Origin: Bdellovibrionales bacterium
GTDB taxonomy: Bacteria; Bdellovibrionota; Bdellovibrionia; Bdellovibrionales; JAGQZY01
NCBI GenBank assembly: GCA_964230645.1
Contig: CAXRHT010000003.1
Coordinates: 448,001 to 512,000, forward strand
Length of the DNA: 64,000 nucleotides
Reading direction: 5' to 3'
The position numbers were made by a program, and so were the translations under genes. Numbering within the stretch: the stretch's first letter is position 1; each line of letters begins with the position of its first letter. Positions 17,876 through 28,024 of this stretch are shown piece by piece. The notes under the pieces were generated by a model that saw only the letters and a list, made by a program, of their open reading frames with translations, ran no database searches and had not been told where the DNA came from.

Positions 17876-20128
17876 ATGAATGGAATAAAAAGATTGAGTG
17901 TAATTGTTCTTTGTTTATTCTTTGTTTCCTGTACCAATAACAAAGATAAAGCAGAGGTAAGTCAAAAGAATTCCCAAACTCGAAGTATCGCATCTACGAA
18001 ACAAGGCCGTTTGAAACTGCAATTGATTAAGAGAAAAAGGGCCAAGTTATTAGGGGAAATTAAACGAGCCACAAAAGGATTTAGAGTTCCTCAAGTTTAC
18101 TTGAATCGTTTGCCTTTAAATCGTCAGCAAGCCTATATCGAAATGTTTGTTAAAAATGCTCGTGATTTGCAAGAGATCGTTCACAAGAAAGGGAAAGTTG
18201 CCCTTAATGAAAGAAAGGTGGAAGAAGAGCTCAACCATCTCTTTTTTCCGAAGGCCTATGCTCAGTCGGAAGGTGTTGTTTGTCCGAACGCGGCTTGGGT
18301 GATCAGAATCAGAGCGAATTCCTGTAATCGATCGACATGGGGATTTGACCCAGCCCAAGAACCTGGAGTGACGGAATACATTCCTGAGCGACCGATCTGG
18401 AATGATAGTGTTCTTCGTTGCGCCAGAGTGCAAGGTGTAGTTTGTCCTGCTGCCGGGTGGGAGATTGTTGAAGGCGAAGCAAGACTAATGTGTACGACCA
18501 GTGGTTCAACCCAATCTTGTCTGAATTCTTATGGCTCCAATAGAAACCGAATTGATGACATGAGAGAAGCATGCCGTCCTAACAACCCTGACCAAACACT
18601 TTCCATTGCAAGTAACATGGATTGTAATCAGTTCAGAGAAGCGGAACAAAACTATATAAGAATGTTTGAGGACAACTGTAGAGGTGCTTCCGGTGTCGTT
18701 GAGCGAATGTGTGATAATATCGCAGGTGCCGTTGAAGCCATCCAACAAGAAGTTGTTAATGCTACAGAGCCAGATCCGGAAGATACATTACCAGACACAG
18801 AATCTTGTCGAATGATTTCTGGGCGCCATATGCAGGATGCCGTAGAAGGTGAGGGAATGTCAGAGCATTGGTCTGCACTAATGCACATAAGCCGCAATGC
18901 CTGCGGACATAGAGAGGGACCAGATGCGTTGGCTCAGAACCGTTACGGAACTTGTTCGCAAGCTTTCCCGAGTCCTCGTGGAAACTATGATATAAACAAT
19001 TTGACGACAGACTTTGATACCAACAACCCAACCGCGATCATGAACTTTGTTCAGCAGTTCGGGTACACGCCAAGTCAATATGAAGCTCTACTTTGTAGAA
19101 ATCAAAATGGCCATGTTGATAGTCCGGGTGAGTTTAGAGCTCGTCTAGATAACCGATTGGATCAATATGCCACTCAATCAAAACTTGAGCTTATCCGTCG
19201 AATTTCAAGAATGAGCGATTTCAATGGTGTTAATCTTCATACTTACTTTTCGGGGCAAAATCGATCCAAATACCGTCCCATGGCCGAGTGGTTTGGGGAC
19301 CTTTATGGCAGAGTGTCTCGACGTATCCAAACAGATGGAGATGATCCTGCGACTCTAGAAAGAGAAATTAATAACAATTCAACAATGGTTCAAGACGCTC
19401 GAGATTTTATTTCGGGTTTAAGATCTCAAATTGCTGGTAACACTCCCATTGGAAATTTTGATCGCTTGCTAAGTGCATTTATGAACAATCAAGGGGATCG
19501 CTATTCGGGTTCCACAGCCAATCGATTTCGCTATGCCGTTTTATTGCAAATGAGAGATATGATGGTTCCAACCGATCTAAACAATCAGGTAGAGGCTGCG
19601 GAAAACTGGTTTGCTAGCTGTAAAAATGAGATCGGTACAGAAAATGATCCAGGATATAGTGAAGCTACTGGCGAGCGTCGTGTGACTCTTGATTCCAACG
19701 CTAGATGTGAATACCGAAGAGTGGAAGATCCAGAGTCTTTTGGTTATTTCCACAACGGTGACGACCCTTATATCATTATGAGTAATTCCAATAATCAGTG
19801 TTTGCAGGCTGTTACTGTGCAAAGAAATGCAAGTGGCGACTGTACAGGAACAACTCCGGGGTATGGGATAGAACAGCAAACTCAAACGGACCCTCGTTCT
19901 GGTCAGACGGACACAGGTTATATGGTGACTGTTCAACCTCCAGGGCGGACCGACTGCTCGACATCTAATACTTTAGATCTTACCAGTCGTGCGAATTTTC
20001 CTGCGGGAGGAAACCGAGGCTTTTCGATTTTCCAATATGATTGTGGTCTTGAGTGGAATGCTCAAAACAGAGAAGATGAGGAAGACACCCGTCAGCCAAC
20101 GGAGCCTGCAGGTGGCATCTCGATTTAA
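17876..20128 (+). CDS. hypothetical Cys-rich lipoprotein
   Basis: 750-aa ORF, lipobox-like FFVS-C, many Cys, GGAG RBS. Confidence 0.75.
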   Translation: MNGIKRLSVIVLCLFFVSCTNNKDKAEVSQKNSQTRSIASTKQGRLKLQLIKRKRAKLLGEIKRATKGFRVPQVYLNRLPLNRQQAYIEMFVKNARDLQEIVHKKGKVALNERKVEEELNHLFFPKAYAQSEGVVCPNAAWVIRIRANSCNRSTWGFDPAQEPGVTEYIPERPIWNDSVLRCARVQGVVCPAAGWEIVEGEARLMCTTSGSTQSCLNSYGSNRNRIDDMREACRPNNPDQTLSIASNMDCNQFREAEQNYIRMFEDNCRGASGVVERMCDNIAGAVEAIQQEVVNATEPDPEDTLPDTESCRMISGRHMQDAVEGEGMSEHWSALMHISRNACGHREGPDALAQNRYGTCSQAFPSPRGNYDINNLTTDFDTNNPTAIMNFVQQFGYTPSQYEALLCRNQNGHVDSPGEFRARLDNRLDQYATQSKLELIRRISRMSDFNGVNLHTYFSGQNRSKYRPMAEWFGDLYGRVSRRIQTDGDDPATLEREINNNSTMVQDARDFISGLRSQIAGNTPIGNFDRLLSAFMNNQGDRYSGSTANRFRYAVLLQMRDMMVPTDLNNQVEAAENWFASCKNEIGTENDPGYSEATGERRVTLDSNARCEYRRVEDPESFGYFHNGDDPYIIMSNSNNQCLQAVTVQRNASGDCTGTTPGYGIEQQTQTDPRSGQTDTGYMVTVQPPGRTDCSTSNTLDLTSRANFPAGGNRGFSIFQYDCGLEWNAQNREDEEDTRQPTEPAGGISI

Positions 20129-21804
20129 AGGCCGTTTTCGTTGAGATAGTCGGAGTTTTGTTGAAGATTCATATAAATCTCCGTCTTCTCAGGGAAGTAA
20201 GAAGCCTTCATAAAGACGGCTTTTCTTTGAGCCGCATTATTTAAATTTCTTTGAAGGGCCGAGTTCAAGGCCCTTTCGTTTGCCTTCTCCTGATTTTTAG
20301 CGATTTGTTTTTTAAGTCTAGGACTAATTCTTCGCTCAATTTCCTGGGGAGCGTTGTTCGCACCCCCCTTAGCACCATCAGCACTAAGAAAGCGATTGGT
20401 TCCAAGACCGTCGGCAATGGCTTTTAAGCGTTGATTCACTCGTACGCCACCACGGTTGCCACCTTTTGCCGGAGCACCACCGCCGCCGCCTCCACCTGAG
20501 CCAACACCACCGCCACCACCTGAGGCGCCACCTCCAGCGCCACCAGCAGGTCTTCCACCTTGCTTAGCTGTACCTCCGGGTCTTCCCGGGGGCGAACCTA
20601 CTGGCATACCCGCTAAGGGTAAATTCGGGTTTAGCCTTGGAGCTGAAACACCTCGCCCATCAGATACGGAATCAAAGCTAGCGGAACTTACTGATTGTCC
20701 CTCCATACTTACATCCGGAGCTTCAATACTTCCACTAGGATTACCTCTTTGGAAATTCTGCATTTGCCCCGAGCCAAACATCTGTTGGGCTAATCGGTCG
20801 GCTGTATCTTCGAGGTCTTCCTGAGTTTGAGTGGCATCCGTATCTTCGTTTCCGTTACCATCGGAATTGGGATCACCGTTGCCTCCGGTAGGTGGAACAG
20901 AGGCTGTCGAAACATCGTCTTCATCACCTGGAGGGTCAGTTGCTGGATCAGTCTCCCCAGTGGGGCTAACAGGTGTTTCCGGAGAATCGGGAGAGGCGTC
21001 TGGGGTATGGGTTGCGACACCGTCCCTGCATATATCTGCAGGAGTCTCATTCAGGCCAGGTGTGTTACATGCAGGATCATTCTCGTCGGCTGCACAGGCT
21101 CTAGCCGCCTGTGCAAGGTCACCGAAAACTCCTTGAGTTCTATTAGGGTCGTTTTGTAGAGTGTAACAACTATCTTCATGCCCCTCGGCACATGCCTTTG
21201 CACAGACAAGAGCGTTTGCCTCGCACCCACCACAGGCAATCGCGTTTGGAGTGGTAGAGCCCTCCGAAGAAGGCTGCTGATAAACCGGATCAATTTCGGC
21301 CAGGTCGCTGACTTTTAGACAAAGATTAGCGAACTCTTCGACATCTCTCTCAGGACTTGATGGGTCTTGTTGCCAGCTTTGAACATCACTATCTCTTTGC
21401 CAATTGGCTCTAATTGTATCAGCCCAATTTTTAATGAGTATAAGCTGATCATAGTCATGTGTTTCATTGGTAACTCGAGAGGTATAGTGACCAAGTTCAA
21501 GATTGTGAATGATAGTCCGGATGTTTCGCCTGTTCTCCGCAATATTATCTTTAGCTAAAATATCACGATGACTTAATTCCACATAACGCTCGGCGAGTTC
21601 AGGAAGACATGAATTAATATAGTTAATAATATCTCGTCGGTTGTAAATTGAATGATTGGTATGGATTGTTTGTAAAGTGAATTTTTCAGAGACTTGCTCC
21701 TCACAACCAGCATAGACATAACTAGGTGAGAGTAAAAAGAGGAGAACAAGACCGAGAGAGACAACCTGAATGTGGTGGCTCAAACATTTCATTCTTTCCT
21801 TCAT
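20125..21804 (-). CDS. hypothetical secreted protein with Cys-rich, Pro/Asp-rich and Gly-rich low-complexity segments
   Basis: 559-aa ORF; signal peptide ending YVYA-G; CGGC/CAKAC cluster; poly-Gly tract. Confidence 0.7.
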   Translation of the reverse strand: MKERMKCLSHHIQVVSLGLVLLFLLSPSYVYAGCEEQVSEKFTLQTIHTNHSIYNRRDIINYINSCLPELAERYVELSHRDILAKDNIAENRRNIRTIIHNLELGHYTSRVTNETHDYDQLILIKNWADTIRANWQRDSDVQSWQQDPSSPERDVEEFANLCLKVSDLAEIDPVYQQPSSEGSTTPNAIACGGCEANALVCAKACAEGHEDSCYTLQNDPNRTQGVFGDLAQAARACAADENDPACNTPGLNETPADICRDGVATHTPDASPDSPETPVSPTGETDPATDPPGDEDDVSTASVPPTGGNGDPNSDGNGNEDTDATQTQEDLEDTADRLAQQMFGSGQMQNFQRGNPSGSIEAPDVSMEGQSVSSASFDSVSDGRGVSAPRLNPNLPLAGMPVGSPPGRPGGTAKQGGRPAGGAGGGASGGGGGVGSGGGGGGGAPAKGGNRGGVRVNQRLKAIADGLGTNRFLSADGAKGGANNAPQEIERRISPRLKKQIAKNQEKANERALNSALQRNLNNAAQRKAVFMKASYFPEKTEIYMNLQQNSDYLNENGL

Positions 21805-22013
21805 TTTTCCCCCTGAAGTTTATAGTCTCATTTTATCACACAAGCTTGTTGTCCCAGTGGAAAAGCTTTGCGTGGTCTCATAATGAGACATCAAGAGATA
21901 AAAAATCTCTTTCCATAGGTATCTATCGGAAATATTTTAGGATTGTTGAGGATGGAGCACTACAGTCCGGTGGGTTTTCCTCTGCTGGCGTGACATGTGG
22001 TTTTGAACGAAAT

Positions 22014-22100
22014 GTCGTCTTGAGCCAAAGGTCGTCTTGAGCGAAGCGAAAGACCTAAGATCCTTCGCTGCGCTCAGGATGACCATATGTTCAGGATGAT
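22014..22100. repeat. REP-like palindromic element (GTCATCCTGAGCG(A/C)AGCGAAGGATCT type), inverted pair plus partial copies
   Basis: Arms 22030-22056 and 22058-22084 are imperfect reverse complements; partial copies at 22014-22025 and 22090-22100. Confidence 0.7.
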
Positions 22101-22140
22101 CTTGGGCAATGGAGGGAGTTTTGTCTCGCTTAAAAGTTGG

Positions 22141-22635
22141 TTAGTGAGATTTCTTTTTGAAGACACAAAAAGAGAACTTTTGAGGCTCAAAATGATCCTC
22201 TTTTTCAAACAAGACAAAGTCCTTTTCATAGTCAGGAAATTTAGCGTCCCCTTCGTACTCTTGATCGATAAGAGTAAGGTAGAGTCTGTCGGCCTTAGTG
22301 AGAGTTTGTTTATAAATCTCGCCACCACCGATAATAAAGACTTCATCACTCCATTTTGGGGTTTGGCTCTTACAGAATTCAAGGGCTTTATCTATGTCAT
22401 TAAAAACGTGAACCCCTTCAGGGACCTCGTAGTTTTCCTGCCTTGTCACAACCACATGAAGGCGGTTTTTTAAAGGCTTTGGGAAAGAATCAAAAGTCTT
22501 TCTTCCCATTAAAATAATATGACCCGAAGTTTTCTCGCGAAAATACTTCATGTCTTTGGGGATATCCCAGGGGAGATCGCCATCAACACCGATGACTTTA
22601 TTTTTTGCAATAGCTGCGATTTGAGAAAGGATCAA
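22141..22635 (-). CDS. folA: dihydrofolate reductase
   Basis: [32 protein letters not shown] and GDAKFP motifs. Confidence 0.97.
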   Translation of the reverse strand: MILSQIAAIAKNKVIGVDGDLPWDIPKDMKYFREKTSGHIILMGRKTFDSFPKPLKNRLHVVVTRQENYEVPEGVHVFNDIDKALEFCKSQTPKWSDEVFIIGGGEIYKQTLTKADRLYLTLIDQEYEGDAKFPDYEKDFVLFEKEDHFEPQKFSFCVFKKKSH

Positions 22636-23423
22636 ACCGAAACCTCAGCTTTAATGCGAGGGTGTGGATCGTACTCTTCTAATTTAAAGTCTTCGTATTT
22701 AAAATCAAAGATGCTTTTTACATCAGGATTGATTTTCATAATAGGAGGAGTTTTTGGTTCTCTTGAGAGCTGCAACTTAATTTGATCGATATGGTTATTA
22801 TAAATGTGAGCATCCCCGAGGGTGTGAATAAATTCGTGGGCTTTGAGACCACAAACTTGCGCGATCATCATAGTAAGTAGTGCGTAGCTTGCGATATTAA
22901 AAGGAACTCCCAAAAAGATGTCGGCACTTCTTTGATAAAGTTGGCAGGAGAGTTTGCCGTCATTCACATAAAATTGAAAGAAGGCATGACAAGGAGGAAG
23001 AGCCATCTTCTCTACATCTCCAGGATTGTAGGCCACAACAAGGTGACGTCTGGAGTGGGGATTGGTTCTGATTTGCTCCACCACCTGGCTAATTTGATCC
23101 AAAGTTTTACCGTCCGCGGTTTTCCAAGATCTCCACTGCACGCCGTAAACGGGACCGAGATCCCCTTTTTCATCGGCCCACTCATCCCAAATACGCACTT
23201 TATTTTCTTTGAGGTACTGAATGTTAGAGTCGCCGGAGAGAAACCAAAGAAGCTCGTGAATGATCGACTTTAAATGAACCTTTTTTGTCGTCAGTAAAGG
23301 AAAGCGGTCTAAGCTGTAGCGCGCCTGGTATCCAAAAAGGCTAATAGTTCCCGTTCCCGTGCGGTCGGCTTTCGGGCTTCCGTTCTCAAGGACGTGCTTG
23401 GCCATATCAAGATAGGTTTTCAT
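22632..23423 (-). CDS. thyA: thymidylate synthase
   Basis: DRTGTGT, PLLTTKK, ELLWFL, MALPPCH and [18 protein letters not shown] motifs. Confidence 0.98.
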   Translation of the reverse strand: MKTYLDMAKHVLENGSPKADRTGTGTISLFGYQARYSLDRFPLLTTKKVHLKSIIHELLWFLSGDSNIQYLKENKVRIWDEWADEKGDLGPVYGVQWRSWKTADGKTLDQISQVVEQIRTNPHSRRHLVVAYNPGDVEKMALPPCHAFFQFYVNDGKLSCQLYQRSADIFLGVPFNIASYALLTMMIAQVCGLKAHEFIHTLGDAHIYNNHIDQIKLQLSREPKTPPIMKINPDVKSIFDFKYEDFKLEEYDPHPRIKAEVSV

Positions 23424-23693
23424 TAGAGGCTCCTTTGAGGCTGCTCACTCTTTCAAATTGAGGAAATTTGGAATCTTTAATCCAAAGATGACTCCCAATT
23501 AATACCACCGCCTCCGGGCCTTTCACAATACGGCTTTCACGGCTTGCTTTCTAGGCAAAGATAAAAGCCTAGTAAAATTGAGAGGTTAAATTATTTGCCA
23601 GCTTCTTAAAAAAGCTTATTGCCAAGGGGTGACATTTAGAACTTAGGGAAATATATAGAGGAGGACTAATATTTAAGCAAAAGGGGAGAGCTT

Positions 23694-25007
23694 TTGGAGA
23701 TTCGTGACCCCATTCATGGAACCCTCGCTATTTCAAAAAATGAAACCAAAGTCCTTGATTCGCCGGCCTTTCAGCGCCTGCGTATGATCAAGCAGTTGGG
23801 CTTTTCGGAATTTAGCTTTCCAGGAGCCACACACTCTCGCTACATACACTCCCTTGGGGTGTCCTATTTAGCCGGCATTGCCTTTGATTTTATTTTTCAA
23901 GATTTCCAGTTTAGTTCAGAAGAGAAAAAGAAAAACTTTCGTCAGATTTTAAGACTTGCGGCCCTTCTTCACGACATCGGTCATGGGCCGTTGAGCCACA
24001 CCACTGAAGAGGTCATGCCCCAGCTTAAAGAGTTGGATGTTAAAGCCTACCAGTTTAAAAAAACGGATACTTCCCAAAAGCCTTTAGAAATCCCTGACAG
24101 AAAAGCCAATCATGAGGACTACTCGATCAAGCTAATTACAGATTCTCATTTAACCGAGATACTAAGAGAGGCCTTTCACGATTTTGATCCTTACCATATT
24201 GCTTGCCTGGTTGATAAAGGCCTTGCTGCCAAAGATGATTTTTTTATGGAGCAGGGATTAAACTTCCGTGTGATTCTTTCACAAATTGTGAGCTCAGAAG
24301 TGGATGTGGACCGTATGGATTACCTCGTGCGTGACGCTTATTTCTGTGGAACCAGTTACGGTAAGGTGGAACTCAATTGGCTCCTGGGAAATTTTAAATA
24401 TCATATCCATAACGACCAAGTGCACTTAGCTCTTGATCGAAGGGCTATTTACACCTTTGATGATTTTCTTTTGTCACGCCATCATATGTATTTGATGGTT
24501 TATTTCCATCATAAAAGTATTATTTATGAAGAGATGCTCTATCGTTACCTGACCTCAGAGGATTGTGAGTACAAGCTCCCCTCAGAGATTGAAAACTATA
24601 TGACGTGTACAGACTTTTCCTTGTATCAAAGTATGGCTAATTCGGAGAATCCTTGGGCCAAAAGAATAAGTGAAAGACGGTCATTTAAAGTACTGTTTGA
24701 AAGTCATGACTCTAAACAATCTCTACGGACCGAAAAAATTAAGGGAATTTTAAAAGAGGCAGGGATTGAAACAATCACTGCGAGCTCAAAATCAAGACTG
24801 TCTAAATACCATGGGCTTTCCCCCCAAGAAGATTCCTTAAATATATTTGTGGTCGATCCTTATGACCCCCATGGATCACCTGTAGGGATTGATGAATGCA
24901 CTGAGATTTTTCAAAAGTACGAGGGCACCAGAATTATTGAGCGTGTTTACGTTTCCCCCGAAAACATAGAAATGGCTCGCGCCCTTCTTAAGAAGTTGAA
25001 GTTTTAA
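23694..25007 (+). CDS. HD-domain phosphohydrolase (dNTPase/SAMHD1-like family)
   Basis: IRDPIHG, FQRLRMIKQLG, HSRYIHSLG, ALLHDIGHGPLSH and DVDRMDYLVRD motifs. Confidence 0.9.
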   Translation: MEIRDPIHGTLAISKNETKVLDSPAFQRLRMIKQLGFSEFSFPGATHSRYIHSLGVSYLAGIAFDFIFQDFQFSSEEKKKNFRQILRLAALLHDIGHGPLSHTTEEVMPQLKELDVKAYQFKKTDTSQKPLEIPDRKANHEDYSIKLITDSHLTEILREAFHDFDPYHIACLVDKGLAAKDDFFMEQGLNFRVILSQIVSSEVDVDRMDYLVRDAYFCGTSYGKVELNWLLGNFKYHIHNDQVHLALDRRAIYTFDDFLLSRHHMYLMVYFHHKSIIYEEMLYRYLTSEDCEYKLPSEIENYMTCTDFSLYQSMANSENPWAKRISERRSFKVLFESHDSKQSLRTEKIKGILKEAGIETITASSKSRLSKYHGLSPQEDSLNIFVVDPYDPHGSPVGIDECTEIFQKYEGTRIIERVYVSPENIEMARALLKKLKF

Positions 25008-25022
25008 GGCTGCGAGATAAAG

Positions 25023-25436
25023 TCAGGGGACTTCGAGCCAGAGTCCCTCACTTTCAAACTCGGCATCGGCAAATTCGATCACACATTTAAGATAACCCTC
25101 AGAATCTGGTTGAAAGAAGTCAAAAGGAACGCTCGCTTGCTTTGAGGGAAAGCTTTTTGTTTCAATACGCTCACCCTCAAATTCTATGAAAACAGGAATA
25201 TCATCATTATGTTCAATTAAAAGTGTGTTGAGGCGGCAACGAACCTTCGTTCCTCTTTTGTTGGAATTAATTTTCTCTATAAAGACAGCTTCCTCGTACT
25301 CAGGCTCTGGCTTTTTGGGGGTAACAGGCTCTTCGTTGATGGATTCAGAGAGCACACCACAAGCAGACAGACTGACTAAAAAGAAAGAGCCAAGCCAAAC
25401 TTTGGATAAAAAACGAATCAATTTATTCACAAACAC
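25023..25436 (-). CDS. hypothetical lipoprotein
   Basis: Lipobox LSA-C; 137 aa. Confidence 0.7.
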   Translation of the reverse strand: MFVNKLIRFLSKVWLGSFFLVSLSACGVLSESINEEPVTPKKPEPEYEEAVFIEKINSNKRGTKVRCRLNTLLIEHNDDIPVFIEFEGERIETKSFPSKQASVPFDFFQPDSEGYLKCVIEFADAEFESEGLWLEVP

Positions 25437-25455
25437 GCATACCCCGTAGCTATCC

Positions 25456-25483
25456 TTATCGGACGAATGTCTGTATTCTTTTG
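25456..25483 (-). promoter_or_regulatory. possible sigma28 promoter
   Basis: Minus strand reads (C)AAAA-N15-TCCGATAA upstream of the lipoprotein gene. Confidence 0.45.
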
Positions 25484-25670
25484 CGCTAATTTGAGAAAGT
25501 AAACATTTTTTATGCTCTCTTTAAAAATAGGATTTTTCTAGGATCGGAGGTGGTGATGGGGGAGCTTTGGGACTCCAGAAGGGGGTGACACAGATACGGT
25601 CTAATGTGAGGCGCTTTTTGTCCTAAATTGATAAAGTGCTAAAGATTTTTCCGAAAATGAAAAAAAACAC

Positions 25671-25697
25671 TAAAGTTCTATTCGAAAACCCCGATCA
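25671..25697 (+). promoter_or_regulatory. sigma28 promoter of flagellin
   Basis: TAAA-N15-CCCGATCA. Confidence 0.65.
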
Positions 25698-25839
25698 AAG
25701 TCTTGAAGGATCGATCGATCATCTAAAGAAAACTCTCCCCTTCGAAAACAAACATAAATCAACAGCTTTATAGACACATGGAAGTGTAGCTCACGTCATC
25801 TGAACTAATGGAAGAGTAGGCTGTAAGTAGGAGGTTATA

Positions 25840-26667
25840 ATGAGTCTGCGTATCAACACTAATCTGGCGTCTATAAACGCTCAAAGGCAATTGGCGAACC
25901 AAGAATCCAGAAAAGTAGAATCCATGAAATCACTAGCATCGGGAAGTCGAATCAATTCGGCAGCCGACGATGCAGCTGGGCTAGCCATTTCAGAAAATCT
26001 GAAGGCACACAATCGAGGAAACCGTGTAGCGAAGCGAAATGCTGAGGATGCGACTTCCCTCATTCAAGTGGCCGAAGGTGGCTTGAACGAAATTAATAAC
26101 ATTATGATTCGATTAAGAGAGCTTGGTGTCCAGAGTGCGAGTGACACTCTCGGGGATCAAGAGCGAGAATTCCTTAATCAAGAGGCGGAACAACTATTAG
26201 AAGAGGTGGACCGAATTTCAGCAAGTACCAAGTTCGGAGATAAAAACCTCCTTGATGGGACCGGGAACGATCTTGAGTTTCAGATTGGTGTGGATGGATC
26301 GGAGAATTCGATCATGCGTTTCAGCTCCGATGCGGATGCAACCACCGGTGGCTTAGGAGTGTCAGGGCTAGATCTATCGGATAAGGGAAGTGCCAGAGAT
26401 GCACTCTCTACCTTGGATGAAGCACTAAATACTGTGGGTGCGATGCGCTCAAAGTTTGGTGCCGTTCAAAACAGACTAGACTCAACAATTGCCAATCTCG
26501 ACACCTCCTACGAGAACTTATCCGCTGCGAATTCAAGGATTCGCGATGCTGACATCGCTGAGGAGTCTGCGGAGTTTACTTCTTCCCAGATTCTTCAACA
26601 GGCATCGGTTTCAATGCTTGCGCAAGCGAACCAATCCCAGGCCAATGCTCTTAGCCTGCTTGGATAA
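25840..26667 (+). CDS. fliC: flagellin
   Basis: LASGSRINSAADDAAGLAISE, RSKFGAVQNRL and SRIRDAD motifs; AGGAGG RBS. Confidence 0.97.
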   Translation: MSLRINTNLASINAQRQLANQESRKVESMKSLASGSRINSAADDAAGLAISENLKAHNRGNRVAKRNAEDATSLIQVAEGGLNEINNIMIRLRELGVQSASDTLGDQEREFLNQEAEQLLEEVDRISASTKFGDKNLLDGTGNDLEFQIGVDGSENSIMRFSSDADATTGGLGVSGLDLSDKGSARDALSTLDEALNTVGAMRSKFGAVQNRLDSTIANLDTSYENLSAANSRIRDADIAEESAEFTSSQILQQASVSMLAQANQSQANALSLLG

Positions 26668-26680
26668 CACTTAAAAAGTC

Positions 26681-26712
26681 AGGTCGGTGCCTTTAAAACA
26701 CCGACCTTTTTT
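26681..26712 (+). terminator. rho-independent terminator
   Basis: AGGTCGGTG-loop-CACCGACCT followed by a T tract. Confidence 0.85.
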
Positions 26713-27092
26713 ATTTTTACTAAACCAAAAGCACAAATATACGGCTTTTAAAGTTCCTTTTTTTGTTGATCTTTTTGACATCTGTTTTTTCGACAATTTT
26801 TTCCAAATTTTTTTAAGTTATTTAAATCTCTAATAAATACACCCAATACGTTTCAGTTCGTTACAATACTGAGGTCTAGTTTTCAGGACTTTCTGCGTGC
26901 CAGACTTTAGTGATTCCTCGACCCGCCGAAAGGGTAGTTGTTAGCGCCGGGGGAATTAGGTCATCTAACACTTCATAAGATTATCAATCCCTCGACATTA
27001 ACAAAAACACAAGAGACCAACAGTTGGTTTCAGCAATCAAATCACATTTGTGGTTTGTAGATTTAGCAACCTTGAACGCATAGGAGGAAGAA

Positions 27093-27926
27093 ATGGCACT
27101 AAGGATTGCAACTAATATACCGTCGATCGCGGCACAAAACTCGCTCAACGGGACACAAAGAAGTCAGAACAAGGCGATGGCTCAATTATCGTCAGGTTCA
27201 AGAATCACCAAAGCAGCAGACGATGCCGCTGGGCTTTCAATCTCTGAAGGATTAAAGTCTGATATTCGCTCGCTCAAACAAGCGGGCCGAAACGCAGAAG
27301 ATGGAATCTCTTTTGTACAAGTGGCTGAGGGTGGACTCTCAGAGGTAGGAAACATCCTAACTCGTTTTAGAGAGCTTTCTATCCAAGCTGCTTCGGACAC
27401 TATTGGTGATCAAGAAAGAGGATTCATTCAAAAAGAAGTCGAACAGCTACAGTCAGAGATTGATCGTATTGCTGAGTCCACGAAGTTTGGATCGAAACAA
27501 CTACTTAACGGATCTGGGGACACTTTCGATTTTCAAGTGGGAATTGATTCTGACCCTGAATCAAATGCTATTCAGTTTGATAGCTCCCAAACAGATGTCA
27601 CCACAGGAAGTCTTGGGGTGAGCGGTTTGGATATGTCAGACAAAGGCAGTGCACAAGCGGCTATTGAGGACATTGATAATGCTCTCAATCAGGTGAACGG
27701 CTACCGAGCTAACCTTGGAGCTCTTCAAAACCGACTTACGGTGACCACTGAAAACATTGCGACCTCTGTTGAGAACAACTCTGCAGCAAATTCGCGAATT
27801 GCTGATGCCGATTTGGCTGAAGCCAGTGCGGAAATGACAAAAAGTAATATTTTATTAAATGCGACGACCTCTGTGCTTGGACAAGCCAATGCCAACCCAC
27901 AGCAGGCGTTAAGATTAATTGGATAA
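27093..27926 (+). CDS. fliC: flagellin
   Basis: LSSGSRITKAADDAAGLSISE, RANLGALQNRL and SRIADAD motifs; AGGAGG RBS. Confidence 0.97.
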   Translation: MALRIATNIPSIAAQNSLNGTQRSQNKAMAQLSSGSRITKAADDAAGLSISEGLKSDIRSLKQAGRNAEDGISFVQVAEGGLSEVGNILTRFRELSIQAASDTIGDQERGFIQKEVEQLQSEIDRIAESTKFGSKQLLNGSGDTFDFQVGIDSDPESNAIQFDSSQTDVTTGSLGVSGLDMSDKGSAQAAIEDIDNALNQVNGYRANLGALQNRLTVTTENIATSVENNSAANSRIADADLAEASAEMTKSNILLNATTSVLGQANANPQQALRLIG

Positions 27927-27946
27927 ACGTGCCATTCTTCCAACTT

Positions 27947-27974
27947 AACGGGAGGGGAAACCCTCTCGTTTTTT
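27947..27974 (+). terminator. rho-independent terminator
   Basis: AACGGGAGGG-GAAA-CCCTCTCGTT followed by TTTT. Confidence 0.8.
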
Positions 27975-27989
27975 GAGGAAGGTGTGTTT

Positions 27990-28016
27990 TAAAGTATTAT
28001 TTTTAGATTCCGATAA
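27990..28016 (+). promoter_or_regulatory. sigma28 promoter
   Basis: TAAA-N15-TCCGATAA, near consensus. Confidence 0.75.
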
Positions 28017-28024
28017 GTACATTG

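Noticed and set aside
20456..21159. Pro-rich plus-strand ORFs (also 9307-9528) resembling extensins
   Set aside because: They are antisense mirrors of Gly-rich tracts in the real minus-strand genes
26900..26970. GC-rich stem upstream of the 27093 flagellin as a c-di-GMP riboswitch
   Set aside because: It lacks the GEMM-I GGCAAAC..GAAA..GACGCAAAGC consensus on either strand; only a weak sigma28-like match (TTTA-N15-GCCGAAAG) and a modest stem are visible
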